From positions 310,001 through 374,000 of the forward strand of contig JAPEUD010000004.1 in the NCBI GenBank assembly GCA_026026165.1: a stretch of DNA of 64,000 nt, written 5' to 3'. The notes under the pieces are model-generated. The model had not been told where the DNA came from. It saw only the letters and a list, made by a program, of their open reading frames with translations, and made no database searches. Below, piece after piece: positions 49,947-63,639 of this stretch; position 1 is the first letter of the stretch; each line of letters begins with the position of its first letter. This DNA is from Sarea resinae. Lineage: Eukaryota. Made by a program: the position numbers and the translations under genes.

Positions 49947-49976
49947 ACGCGATGCCATGCGCGATTCCATACGCGT
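49947..49976. promoter_or_regulatory. Candidate MCB (MluI cell-cycle box) cluster upstream of rec8
   Basis: ACGCGT at 49971-49976, ACGCGA at 49947-49952 and GCGCGA at 49959-49964, about 95-125 nt upstream of the rec8 ATG. Confidence 0.45.
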
Positions 49977-51158
49977 CAGGACGGACAAGCCTTGACCTGA
50001 GCATCGACAGTGTGATGTCAAAGCCCCTTCTCGCCATGAGGGTTGACCATTTGATCCCTTCCGGGGTGGTTCAGTGTCTCTCGAGAGAAGGTTACGCCAT
50101 CTTCACCCCTTGACAAATCGTCACCGCTCCATTGCTATACAATCGCTCGCCACTCCTAGAAAGTTCCTCACTCTTCATCTGCATACGAACAGCCGTGCAT
50201 CGCGGCCCAGATAGCTCACAGCCGAACGGGTCACCAAACTTATGTCCGTCAGTGTGTCGTCTCACCGGTGTCACGGTACTTGTGGGTCTCATCGGTCGCA
50301 GCAGCACAGAAAGCATCCAGAGCATCAATGCCATGGACACAGATGAAGAAGAGATTTAGTTTCAGTGGGAAGCAGTGAAGCAAGATATTTGACAGGCATC
50401 ACAGCGACATGTGAACTACCCACTTCCACCATCATTTGCTTCCCTTGGCCACCTCTTTTGATCTTTTCCTCTAGCATAGCTCTTCTTCTGCCAGCAGCAC
50501 CCGGCCCACGAGTCAAGATGAATAAAACGGTAGCATGAGAAACGAGGAGCAATTGGTAGGAAGGAGGATCATCTATCTGGGTGTCGACGATGTAAGTGAT
50601 TCGTCGTGGGTGACGATCTGGGTCAGCGCCAGGTACGAAAACAGAGTTGCCATGTAGTGGTTGCTCTAGCGACCGAGTCCCCAACCCACCTGGTAGTCGT
50701 GTTTGTGCACACGTCAGAAGGTGGGACAGTGGACAGTGGACAGTGCCCGTGGTGACTTCCATCTTGGAACTTGCAACTGGACTTGCAACTGGACTTGCAA
50801 CTGTTCCTCGCCGAGATCCATCTCCACAATCCCTGTCTCCCTCTTCCACTCCACTCTCCTTAGCTGCATCAAGTCATCAACTCCACCAACATCTGTTCAT
50901 CGCCTCGAGCGTCTCGTGCGATCACTGCGATTCTCGCTGCATTCGCTGCATTCGCTGCATTCGCTGCAATCGCTGCATCCTCTGCATTCGCGTCATTCCG
51001 ATCTCAGTCCCGCCCCATAGACAAACCGTCACTGCCCTCCAACCATCGTTCCTCTTTGTTTATCACGGCACCGCGTCGACATATCGGCGAACCATATCAG
51101 ACAGCCAATCTTCTCGTCTCAGCGTCGGGTTCTTGCCCGGACGGGCCTCTTGAACCAG

Positions 51159-53342
51159 ATGGCAACCAATATCCCCCCTTCCCCCAGTGGGAACCACGAT
51201 TTCATCCTTCCTCAACCGCCTCCACTTCTCCACACTCGTTCGGGAAATGAATTGTTCGATAGGCCGCAAACCCCGCCGCAGCGCGGCTTCATGTCCCCGT
51301 CACAAACCCCCCAAGGGAGTCCAAGCAAGAATCATCTGCCCCCAGGGGCCCATGATCTTCCCAGCGTGTTTGAAAATGCTCTCAAGTTGATTCCAAGCTC
51401 AATCGGGACCCCGACACGTTGGGAGCGGCCAGCACCGCCGTCTCCGGACAAAGTACGACTTCCACTTTCTGACGACAATGTTGACAGTTTCGACGAGAGC
51501 GTTATTCAGACAAGCGCTGGATCCGGCCCCGAGAGTCCTACGCGAAGATGGAACAAGGAGAACAATGAGCCCGGCACCAGGACGGATAGAGATCGGTTGC
51601 AGAGTGCCAACCAAGCTGCAGCATCTCGCCAAGAGCCTTATCTACAGAAGGACTCCGCCGAGGTGGTGGTCCGAAGAGGTTTTGGTACCCAGCGCGGGCT
51701 GTCCCGAGCCGATCTTGAAAAACTTCAGAAGCCTAAAGTCAAGCGTCTGGCCAACGTCACCCAACTATGTGAGTTTTGGCACAGGAGCCGATTGGTGTGG
51801 CGTTCCTAACAATTGATAGACTTTCTTGACTATTACTACGACCTTCTCAGCTACGTGCATGCCCGTCAGAACCGAATGACAGAATTCAAAGCTCAGAACC
51901 CCGCACCTCCCGCGACTCCCGTTGAGATGTACCAGCCAGCTCTGGATAGGTATTTGGGACGAGAGAGGGCCAATCTCCGCAAGCGTCGTACAAGGCTCCG
52001 GCACGGCGACTTCCAGGTCCTTACTCAAGTTGGCCAGGGTGGGTATGGTCAAGTGTTTTTAGCACAGAAGAAAGATACCAAGGAAGTCTGCGCGTTGAAA
52101 GTCATGAGCAAGAGACTCTTGTTTAAATTAGACGAGATCAGACATGTCCTGACGGAGAGAGACATATTGACTGCAGCGAAGAGCGACTGGCTAGTGAAGC
52201 TGCTCTACTCTTTCCAGGACGATTCGAGCATCTACCTTGCAATGGCATGTATCGAGACTCATTTACGCAAATGTGCAAATGCTAACTTTATCAATAGGAA
52301 TATGTACCCGGAGGTGATTTCCGTACTCTTCTCAACAACACGGGTGTACTTCACAACCGCCATGCGCGGTTCTATATTGCGGAGATGTTTTGCTGTGTCG
52401 ACGCTTTGCACCAACTAGGCTACATCCACCGCGATCTCAAACCGGAGAACTTCCTCATTGACTCTACTGGTCATGTGAAGCTGACCGACTTTGGCCTCTC
52501 AGCTGGTATGCTCAGCCCTCTGAAGATCGAGTCCATGCGTGTCAAGCTCGAGGAGGTTGGCAGCGGCAACATTCCCTTTGGCCAGCCCATGGAACAACGA
52601 TCTGTGGCTGAGCGCCGCGAAGGTTATCGCTCCCTACGCGAACGCGACGTCAACTATGCGAAATCTATTGTGGGCTCACCAGATTACATGGCTCCCGAGG
52701 TGCTGAAAGGCGAGGAGTATGACTTCACAGTTGACTACTGGAGTCTGGGCTGCATGTTATTCGAAGCGCTGGCCGGATACCCGCCCTTTGCCGGCTCTAC
52801 TGTCGACGAGACCTGGCAGAATCTCAAGCACTGGAAGAAAATCCTCAAGAAGCCCGAATACGAAGATCCGACCTACTTCCTCAGCAAGCGCACCTGGGAT
52901 CTTATCACGCGCTGCGTAGCATCCAAATCTACACGCTTCCATGGGATAAATGAGATCCACTCTCATGTATACTTCACTGAGGTGGACTGGAAGATGCTGA
53001 GACGGCAAGGAGCGCCGTTTGTGCCCGAGCTCGATTCCGAAACCGATGCGGGATATTTTGATGATTTCAACAGCGAGTCGGACATGGCGAAGTACAAGGA
53101 GGTGCATGATAAGCAGACGGCGTTGGAGAAGATGGCCGAGAGGGAGGAGAAGATGGACCGGGGCTTGTTTGTTGGGTTCACCTTTAGGTAAGTGATGACT
53201 TGGTCACAACGATTGACTATGGGATCAAAGTCTCTAACACCCGAATAGACACCGCAAAGCAGTCACGCCTGACGGCGAGGGGAAGACGAGCCCCCGGAAA
53301 CCGCTGAATGGAAGCGATGGCAGCTTCGGGACGATCTTCTAG
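51159..53342 (+). CDS. DBF2: NDR-family AGC kinase Dbf2/Sid2 (4 exons, one GC-AG intron)
   Basis: KVKRLANVTQL|YFLDYY, LRKRRTRL, QVGQGGYGQV, HRDLKPENF, DFGL, AKSIVGSPDYMAPE, hydrophobic motif FVGFTFR|H. Confidence 0.96.
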
Positions 53343-53976
53343 TCCTGTCTAGCCAGATCTGCCGCTGTTGCTTGGTGCGGGCACTCACTCTACAGCGATG
53401 TTAGCCCTGAAAAGCGATCATTCGTCTGTGTGCTTAGCAGCAGCCTTTAGCATTATGTATCTGTGCTTTTATTCCTCTGCGGCTCCTCTAGCATTGTTCT
53501 CTCTTTGGCCTTCTGCAAAATGGACTTGCGACGGATGGCGCATCTCGTTTACGTTCATACACATGGTTTTGCTTTGCTTCTAGATGATAGCTGGGCTATA
53601 AACAAACAGGGCTAGGTCGGGTCGGGTCGGGTCTGATGTGTGAGGGTGTCTGTTTGTTTGTTTATCTGTCTGTTTGGGGGAATGACTAAAGGCTGGCTTT
53701 TCCTCATGGCTGGGGGGTTTTTCAACCTTTGCTGACTAGGCGAAAATGGAGGGAGGCTGATTTGTATTCGCTTCTCACACGCTGTATTCAAAGAAAAAAA
53801 AAGTTCCATTTAATCAATTGAAGCTCCACCGATACTCTATGGGGTCTCTAGAAAAGGCATGACTTTGTGCCGCATAACATTGGATCATTCAGTTCCATCC
53901 GCTTATGCATCCATTTAACATGAATTTTCCCTCAATCTCCCAAAGGTGAAGGTTTCGCCCTTTTCTACTCTCCGTT

Positions 53977-54090
<114 letters not shown>

Positions 54091-54116
54091 TTTTCTCCCT
54101 GTTTGCTTTCCTCTCT

Positions 54117-56084
54117 TCATTGATGCAGAAAAGTGATCCGATCGGGCGCGTCGGGCCCGAGCCCGCACACCGTCCTGAAATCCCCGACTTCTTCGCCCCG
54201 CCTCTTCACATGTTCGAGAAAACCAGCTAGCGGGCAGCTTCGGCCAGGACCCGCGGTGCAGCCGGGCAAGGGCACGATGCCGTCGTTGATGTTGATGCGG
54301 ATGTATATGTCTCTTTTTTCTTCCTCTTTGGGGTCTGAGGGGTGGTTGGAGGTGGAGGATAACAAGGTAGACGAGGTGGAGGATGATGAGGAGGTGGAGG
54401 GGGATAAGGAGGGAGAAGAGGGAGAAGAGCACAACAGGCGCTCGAAAATGACACGGCCGCCCATGGGCACGACCTGGCTGGTGCGCCACTTCCTCTCCCT
54501 CGCAACGTGCGTGGTGGGCAGATGCGCGGCGTCCGGGAAGAGATCCAGCGCCGCGAGCATGGGGATGATGTCGCCGTCGTGGACGAAGCTGAAGAACAAC
54601 GCCCCGAGCCCTTCGGCATCATCATCGTCGTCATGCCGCCGCCGGGGTCCAGCGTCCAGTAAGCCAGCCGTCGCGTTCAGCCATAGCCAGCCCATCGCGG
54701 CCCCGTATCGGTTCCCGGGACCCGCGCGGTAGTAGTGGATGACGTCTCGCGCGTACTCGAAACTGCTCCATTCGTGGCGGGAGAAGAGCGCGCACCATGG
54801 GCTGGAGCCGCGCACCGTGGTCTCGAACCCGCACATCTCTTGCATGGAGTAGATTTCGCTGTCGGAGAAGGTGAGGTTGACGTGCGGGTTCTGGCGCGCG
54901 AGACGAGCCGAGATGGCGGGGAGGTAGGTGGAGCGGAAGCGGGAGAGCTGCGCGGCGCCGTAGTCGTGCCCGAAATCCGTGTCGGAGAGATAGAGCGCGC
55001 AGGTATCGCCGGGCGTGAGGGTATCGGCGCCAAGGTTCGCGGTCTCGGGGATTATTTTCAGATCGGCTGGAGTGTTGGATGTGGGTGGCAGGCCGAAGAA
55101 ACCTGCGCTGAAGTAGCGCGCGGTATCAATTACGCGGTTCGAGTCGCTGGCCCAGAGGGTGGTTGTTGTGTTCGCGGCAGGGAGGAGGTGGTTGTACCGC
55201 GTGCGGAGTTTGACGCCGGTGGTGAAGGCGCCGAGGGTGCCTGCGAAGGGGCCCGTGGATGTGAGCTGCTCGAAGTGTGCGGATGGGTCTGCGGAAGAAG
55301 TCAGTTTGTTGTCTTCTTGCTTGGTGATCTGTAACGTCGGGCGGGGGAACGGGGTGGTCTTCAGGGGTAAGGAAGAGGACCTTCAGTAAAATACTGCCAG
55401 TCGTTGACGAATTCCAGATCTCCCGTTAATGTGACGTTGGCCTTGTCGATATGCTTCAAGAGGTCCAACATGCCTGGAGTGTCCAGTATGAGCGGATTGC
55501 TGGTCTCGAAGAGGCTGCGCTTGGGAATACGTACGCATTCCCGCACTGTTTGTGGGGAATCGTTCTGCGTGTCTTGACATCTGTTTACATGACAGAGGTG
55601 GTCAATTAGATGGTCTACAAGATGCAAAAAACATGTCTGGCAAGCTTCATATTCTCACGATATAAGAAAAGTAAAAATAGTAGCAGAGCTCGCTGTCGAC
55701 GCGCTTAGAATCTGCTATATGAGAAATGAAAAGTCATACCATATGCACCTGCTCAACCTTGCATCCATCCGGCGGCCCAATTCCCCCTGGCACCACCCCT
55801 TCTACCTTCTCGATCCAAGGCCCATTCCCACCCAGATGATAGAGTATATTCCATACTTTCTCAATCAAGCTCTGGTGACCCTCGCTTGACCGCCGAGGAT
55901 GCCACCAGCTCCCCCAGCTAGATGAGTACGGCACGCGAGCGTAGAACTCAGCGAGCGAGAATGCCTCAGTGTTTGACGCATTCAGTGGTATGGAGAGGCC
56001 AAATGAGCTGCGGGTGAAGAGGAAGATGAAAGTGCCGATGAAGCAGACCAAGGCTGAGAGGGTGAGAAGAGCTCGTGGCATCAT
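54117..56084 (-). CDS. Histidine acid phosphatase / 3-phytase-like protein with N-terminal hydrophobic segment (4 exons)
   Basis: YHLGGNGPW, GCKVEQVHM|MSRHAERFPT (RHGxRxP variant), EMCGFET, FVHDGD (HD motif), VPMGGRVIFERL, ININDGIVPL. Confidence 0.94.
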
Positions 56085-56733
56085 GCCTATGGCACGGGAG
56101 CTACCACTGTTCTGCTCGGATTGGTCGAGGATTGAACCCTCGGTGTTGACATGTAGATATCACAAGAACCTCATCGTGCTCTACCTACAGATGAATCGCA
56201 AACTCAGAAGCATTGGGGCTTTTGGCGGCTCTGGTACGATGCGATGTTTCGATGCTTGCATTCTATCTTGATGGTGGTTCAGTAGGCGGTGAGGCGAAGT
56301 TAAGTCGGCAGAAACCAAACGATGGCACACGTGCATGTTGATGTTTAGTCCGTACGCCATACTGCGTGCAATTTCACCTCCTCACAAGATACCCTGCTCA
56401 GATTAGATTCGCGTCAATTATAAGATGGCCTACCGCGATCCCCAAGCAAATATCAACGCAGGGAAGGATATTTCACGATCAAGCCTGAGATTCGGCGTGG
56501 CTTCCATTATAATCTGGTTTTGCAAATTGTAGCACATGGCTGCTTTAAAGGGGCTAGGGATACTAAGATTCGTCCAAATAGAGAGCAGCCAGAAGACAAA
56601 GGTGGTTATCTAGCACGTTTCCATTCAAGCAGCAATTTCATTCCTTTGAGCATTCGAAATCGTCATTATTACCTTCCCGACCTTCATTTTGGAACGCTTC
56701 AGACGCGAGCTACACCCTGCAAGACAGCAACAT

Positions 56734-58634
56734 CTAACAGACCCCACGGTGGATACCTTCATGCAAAGGACGCTTGGCCTTGTGCTTTTGGTTATGAGTG
56801 ACACCACGGCTGCTGTGTCTCTTTTCCACGGAATCAGCGCCAGGGCGATAAGTACTGAGATCAGACTCGTAGTCGATGAGCTGTTCGGTCACCGAGCAGA
56901 TATCGGCCACCAGTTTATCCATGATATCAACCGACATGCTCTCGCGAACTACTACCCGAAGGATTTCTGTCTTGTCCTCGGTCGGCGGTAGAGGATAGTC
57001 TGGAATTCGGTATTAGAGACCTTCAGGTCGCGAAGAACAAAGATACCAAGGTACTTACTCGGAATGATGTATTGTTTAGCACGCAGCAGGGTGCTGATAC
57101 TCTCCTGCTTGACGTGAGGATAATTTTCCTTGAATTCTTTATTGAGGTGGAAGGCAACGACGGGTAAACCAGCGTTGTAGTCAGCGCTCGTCTCCCCATC
57201 GTGCCCGACAACGGCTTCTTCTATCCCTTTGAAGAAATGGTCGCCCTTCTTGCGGTGAATATCGCTGACGCACTCATACCATCCGGTAGCTTCCAAGCTC
57301 TTGCTCAAGAGTCTTGCATTGCTGAGACAATTCTCCATGATTTGCCGATATCCTTTGAAGCCAAGGTGCACAAGGTTGAAATATTGGGCAATGACCTGCG
57401 CCCCTGGACGTGAGAAGTTGAGGGTGAATGATTCCTCTGTGCCACCGAGGTAGTGTAGTTCGAAAATGAGATCCTTCGGAAGATACGCTTCATCACGCCA
57501 GATGATCCAACCGAGACCGGCATAAACCAGTCCAAATTTGTGGCCGGAGGTATTAATCGACTTCACGCGGGGGAGTTCGAAATTCCTTCAGCGAAAGTTA
57601 GCTTCGAAGCCTGCTAAAGCAATATGACTCAATTGAGGTCTGATATGGGTTCACTCACCACTTAGGCCCACCAGCCTTTGCGTATGTGAACGGTGCAATA
57701 AATGCACCACTGGCACCATCAACGTGGATCGGGATATCATTTCCTGATTCTTTCTCATACTCGTCCAGAATCTTTGACACCTCTTCAACAGGCTCATAAT
57801 GGCCGGTGTAAGTGCTGCCCAGGATAACGAAGATACCGATAGTGTTTTCGTCGATGTTCTTCTTGACCAATTCCGGATCGAGTCTGTATGAGCTCTTCTC
57901 ACTCACGTCCAAGATCCTGGCCTCAACCTCGAAGTACCTTGCAAATTTCTCGAGGGCGACCTGAGCATTAGCACCCATGATGATGTTCGGCTTAGAAGTG
58001 TCTTTGCCCGCAGCTTTGCGCTTCTCCTGCCAGCGGCGCTTCATAGCGAGACCTCCAAGATGGATGGCTTCGGAAGACCCGGTGGTAGCAGAGCCAATGG
58101 CCGTCTCGCCTTTCTGTACTCCCCAGAGCTGAGCAATCATGGAAATACATCGAGAGTGCATGTCCAGCATAGCGGGGTATTCGTCCGCATCGGACAAGTT
58201 CTTGCTCAAGTTCTCAATGAACAGCTTTTCGCCCTCCGATTCCATGTAAGTCCCGACGAAGCTGAAGTATGTAAGTACATGACTGGAACTCGCGTGGGCG
58301 AGGGGTGACATTTATTACCTTGCCATGTTCAGCGCAGGCTTGCCATCAAGTTCCAACTCATCCTTCAGCAGCTGATGGACAGCATCGGCCGGAGCACCAT
58401 CTTGGGGAATTCGGAACTTGGACAGTTCTTGCCCACTGGCGTAGCGACTCGAGTACGGAGTAATGTGCTGAAGGGAACGCTCGGTGTAGTGATGACGGCG
58501 GGCTTCTTTGGGATGGTCACGAATGTGTTGGACAATGGCTTCCGGGTCAACCTAGGAGATCTGGATTAGCTGACTGCACGAGCTGAATGAAAGCTTCGCT
58601 TCAATTGAGGACGTACGTGTTTTGCGAGAACCAT
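56734..58634 (-). CDS. GAD1: Glutamate decarboxylase (PLP-dependent), 5 exons
   Basis: DELELDGKPALNMA|SFVGTYME, DEYPAM, ATTGSSEAIHLGGLAMK, HVDGASGAFIAPF, SINTSGHKFG (PLP Lys), FTLNFSRPG; ends HRGVC*. Confidence 0.97.
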
Positions 58635-60563
58635 CTTGAATGTCAATTGCGGGATAAATTCGAAAGATAGGTTGATGGGAGCTTAGAATTGCAGAAGAGT
58701 TGCTCTGTGTATGTGAGAGGGAGAGAGGGAGAGAGATGAAGGCTGAGTCGGATTCTTGAATGGTTTACGTGCTCTTATAGTGAGTGGGCCAGTGACGGAG
58801 AGAGATCGTAGATGCAGGACATGTACACAGTCAAAGTAAGGTAGTGAATTGAATTTCATCGACATCAAGTTATTTACCATCCGTGCCATTGTCACCCGCT
58901 GCTAGTGGCTGGTTGCAGAACAGCCTGATTTCCTGCAATCCACCATGTCCGTAACGGATTCACATTCATTCCTTCAATGGGAGGAGGTTAGTGCTTCATA
59001 GGTAAGGCAAAGCTCAAACGGCGGGGCCAGTGACGATGGCACGACCAGGGTGCATGTCTGCTAATTCTGGACAGGTTGACGAATATGGTGGGCTCTTAGT
59101 TGGAAACAGTTAGGTCATACAGCATTATGTGCCCGCGACCTCCTCATGCCGTGTATTCGCTTTGTATGCAATACCTTACCTTCCGGACCATATGGCTGGC
59201 AGACGTGGGACTGTGTACCGCGGTGAGCACGGTGAGGTACTTGGACCAGTCGCCGATGCGCTTTCATATCGATAGGACGTCACTGCAGAAAGCTTGATTC
59301 ACGGCCTCAATGCTTAAGTTGCGGCTGCATCTGCCTCTTCTCCACTTGGGTCGATTCGCCGAAGCCACTCAGTAACCTAATTAGACTGCAGTCGATCGAG
59401 GCACATTATGGAAAGGACAGATGACTGGAGATCTTCTCCCTTCGAGAGCGGCATTCTAGATTCTTCAGACGCTCCCGCTGAACGTCTTGCCACAAGGTCT
59501 GGCTGGCGGGTACTTTGTCCAACGTACAAAGTACAGTATAGGTGGTCCAGGAGGGGGTTTCGCGGCCGTGATGTCATCTCTAGCGCGCGCCTCATGGCGC
59601 CCACCTCACCCACGAACGGATGCGAAGATGGCATCCATTCCATTCTGCCGAACAATGGAACCTCAGGTCTTGAAGTGTTCGTCAAATGGTTGCTTACTAT
59701 CAATGATTGAATGTTCCATTGCACTACTACTACCTTACGTAGTACATTCACCTTCAGAACTGAACGAGTACTCATGGCATTTGGAAAGACAGGAATTGGT
59801 CGTCGGTACAGGCAGCTCCGATGCCCGCCCACGAGAGAAGTCGAGCTTATATAATCACCTCGATTGCGGGGGATCATTGCCTATTATTGCCAGAAAGGGA
59901 CACTCTAGCGACAGCTGACTACTGCGTAGTAGTGTCTGAGGTTGCTGATGTCACCATATGGCGAACCGCTCGCGGCATCCTGACGTTCCGAGATCCCCAG
60001 GGCCACGCAAGCAGGCACCACAGCATGTAAGAATACTGCGGTAGAGGTCCAGGTAAATGATGAAGCAAGACCCTCGTACGACTACTACTATGTACAGGTA
60101 GGTACCTTAGGTAGCCACGGGCCGCGCAAGCAATCCCTTGGCCACTAATCCTTCTGATCACTGGCATATCCTCTTCTCTGGTTATCTATCTCTCAGGCAA
60201 GGTACTTGAGTCCTCGAGTTGCACAGGAAGCATGCAATCGTGAAATTGTTTTCGCGGCTTCTGGTTTGTTTCTGATTGGATTTTCGATCATTCTCTGAGA
60301 TCTCCCCTACCGGCATCGTGATTAATCCTGGTTGCCATCCCCAGAATTATACCGTTCCTGGATAATCCCTCCGACCCAACCTGCCAATAAACAAGCGTGT
60401 CGTTTGCGTACCTCTCGTACAGTATTGCGTGTAAGCGTCATAGTCAGCCAACCCTAGACCGTACTTATATCTATTCCTTGGACCAGATCGGACATATTAC
60501 TTCCTCGTCCACATCATCTACCTACTTACCTACCACTCTCCTTTCCTATCACGCTTCGCTATC

Positions 60564-62090
60564 ATGAAGCTGATACAGATCCTCGGATTTGCGGCTGTTG
60601 CCAGCGCCTTCGTCATTCCTGACGAAGAGGTATCTAATCAACTAGTGATCGAGTCTGAAAATAAGCAGGACTCCTTCCTCGACAAGCTTCCCTCCAAGGA
60701 CGGCATCTTCTCCGATCTAGAGGAATCTTTCTCAAATGTATTCGAGACTTCCAAGCATGTGTTCGACGACGCCATCGCCTCGGCCATCGAAGGTGGAAAG
60801 CAGGCCAGCAAGAAGTTTGAATGCATGAAGTCCATGACCGCATTCGATGCCGGATCATGGTTGGATAGTCCTATCGAGATGGATGATGAGGACGATGAGC
60901 CTATCGATGTTTACGAGAACCACCCACCTCACCATAAGCCTGGGAAAGGACACCACGGTCATCATGGCCATCATAAGCCGAATCTTACAGTCTACGAGCT
61001 CATTGCGAAGAGCAAGTACACTACTAAGCTGGCTGAACTCATCAATGAGGACGAGGATCTGGTGAAACTCTTGAATGGCACTACTGCAAACTTTACTATC
61101 TTCGCGCCTACCGATAAGGCCTTTGCGAAGATTCCAAAGCACGCCCACAAGCCATCGAAGGAAATCATCAAGAAGATCCTTTCGTATCATGTGTCCCCGG
61201 AATTCTATCCGGCAGGAAAGGTTTTGATCACCCGGACCATTCCAACATTGTTGAAAGAGGAGGCCCTGGGAAGCGAACCTTTGCCTCAAAGGCTAGCTAC
61301 GAACATTGGCTTGCGCGGGCTAACCGTGAATTTTTACTCCAGGATTATCGCCGTTGATATCGTGAGTTCAATCATCCGTGCGACTGAGTTTTGGCTAATG
61401 ATACCAGTTTGGCACAAACGGTGTTATTCATGGAGTTGACTCTCTTATTGTCCCACCCCCAACTGCTGCTGAGATCGTCAGCCTCCTACCCGGAGAATTC
61501 AGCACCCTGACCTTGGGGTTGGACAAGACCGGTCTGCTAGACGCTATCAACAATACCGAGCACGCTGGGGGCACTTTGTTCGCACCTTCGAATTTCGCCT
61601 TCCGCAAGCTTGGGCCCAAGATTAATGCTTTCCTATTCAGTAGATTCGGAGAGAAGTACCTAAAGGCTCTCCTCAAGTACCACATCGTCGGTGGTCACAC
61701 TCTATATTCAGACGCTTATTATCAAGCTGAAGAGCAAGCTGAGGGTATTCCGAAGGGTTATTTCCATGTAAGCCACTATCGAATCTGACAATTTCTGCCA
61801 CTTTACTAATGTGCTCCGCCTAGGTTGATCTCCCTACGCTTTTGGAGGATCGCTCATTGGCTGTTGACGTCTCCCGTTACGGGCGTCTGATCACCATCAA
61901 GATTAACGGATTCAGCAAAGTTGCCGTTCCAGATGGCATTGCTAAGGATGGCGTCATCCACGTCATCAGCAGCGTGCTCATCCCACCGAAGAAGGTTGAT
62001 GGTGTTACGCAGCAATGGCAGGGCGAAGAAATCACCGAAGAGGATCTGATGGAGAGACTCGAGCCCTACATGCGCCCTGAGCTCAAGTGA
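60564..62090 (+). CDS. Secreted fasciclin (two FAS1 domains) protein, 3 exons
   Basis: Signal peptide MKLIQILGFAAVASA, FAS1 H1 motifs FTIFAPTDKAF and TLFAPSNFAF, YH motifs, H2 motifs GVIHGVDSLIVP and GVIHVISSVLIP. Confidence 0.93.
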
Positions 62091-63165
62091 GCGTGGAGAT
62101 ATAGTTCCAAAGGCGGGATGTGGTTGCAAGCAATGATTGATTGAATGCCGGGATGAAATTGGGTCTATAGTCTCATTGCATTGAAATTGGAGTATTTGAT
62201 TTTTGAAATGAGACTGCCACTTCCTGCTTGCCCCTGTAACTCAACTCTTGGTCTGCGGTGAATCCGATGTTGTTTGAAGGTTTCCTTTTGCTAGAGGTCC
62301 TTGATTTCGTAAGCCCAATCTCTTCTGGCCCTCTCCAACGAACGGGCAGGTGGCTCTTCAATCTAGACTCGTCGCCACTCTAACTCCCTATGCCTTATCA
62401 AGCCGCTGTGGTGCCAGTGAGGCCTCTTCCACCCTAAAAGCGGAGTCTGAAACAAGTAGCAGCGAATGGGGATATTGACTGCAGTGTTCCCTTTGATACA
62501 GGGTATTGAGATGGGGGAGCAAAGGCTACAGTATCAAGATAGACGGTAGAAGGCTATGGCAGTAAGGGGTCAAACATCCCACATAGCGATGCTGCTCCAC
62601 TAGGACTCAGCGTTCAGTGTACGTACAAACTCAGTGCCTACTAGCAATGATCATCAGTATCAACTCGCATCGCCATATAGGCACCGGTGACGCGCGGTGT
62701 TGATATTGATAGCTTAGTCATTCGTGGCAACCCGACCTCCTCTACCATCAGATATCCAGGAGGAGGCCTGGCATTACACCTATGCGTATATTATCTGATT
62801 CTTCTCTTACTGTAGTAGTAAAGTGGTCGATGAGTCAGATCCTCTACGGAGCGGAATCTATCCTCTAGTCGGCTAGTATCATACGTCTTACATCGCCTTA
62901 TGGTGAGATGACGTCGAAAATGGATCGAATTGGATAGGACTCTACTGCGTCGTATGCCTTTTCATTCTGTTTGAGCTGAAAGGAAGAAAACCATAACAAC
63001 TGCTACCGTACGATGCGTACCTCACCATCGACGCCATTTAAATCTGTAGCAAGCAAATCTACACACTCGACTCCTTTTTGAAGCAATCTCTCATTGACCC
63101 TTAGTACCTTATCTTCCCCAACTCTGAATACCTTAGCCCTAGCCTTCTCCGCGCCCGATTTCCGA

Positions 63166-63639
63166 ATGGCAGACCTCAAGCCGCCCTTCGATCCGGCGAC
63201 CGCGCACCGCAAAGTCAAAGCCGCGCAGGTCCTCTGGAACACGCGCGACCCCGCTCGCATCGCCGCCGCCTACACGCCGGACTGCGTCTGGCGCAACCGA
63301 TCGACGTTCCTGCAGGGACATGCCGAGATCATTGATTTCCTGACCCGGAAATTCGCACGGGAGCAGGGCTATCGTTTGCAGAAGAAACTGTTCGCCGCCG
63401 ACGGGGCGAAGATTGCCGTCGAGTTCTGGTACGAGTTCATGGATGCGGAGGATGGCGGGGTGTGGAAGAGGTGCTATGGCATTGAGCATTGGACGTTTGA
63501 TGAGCGGGGGAAGATGGAGAGGAGGGTCATGAGTGGCAATGATCTGCCGGTTGCGGGCGGCGAGCCGGGCAGGTGGTTTACAGATGAGAAGGGCGGCGTG
63601 GAGGCCGAGGTCGAGGTGGGGGATTGGCAGGGCTTGTGA
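63166..63639 (+). CDS. DUF1348 / SnoaL-like (NTF2-fold) protein, intronless
   Basis: KPPFDPATAHRKVKAAQVLWNTRDP...YTPDCVWRNR...FLTRKF...IAVEFWYE...WKRCYGIEHWTFDERGKMERRVMSGND. Confidence 0.92.
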   Translation: MADLKPPFDPATAHRKVKAAQVLWNTRDPARIAAAYTPDCVWRNRSTFLQGHAEIIDFLTRKFAREQGYRLQKKLFAADGAKIAVEFWYEFMDAEDGGVWKRCYGIEHWTFDERGKMERRVMSGNDLPVAGGEPGRWFTDEKGGVEAEVEVGDWQGL

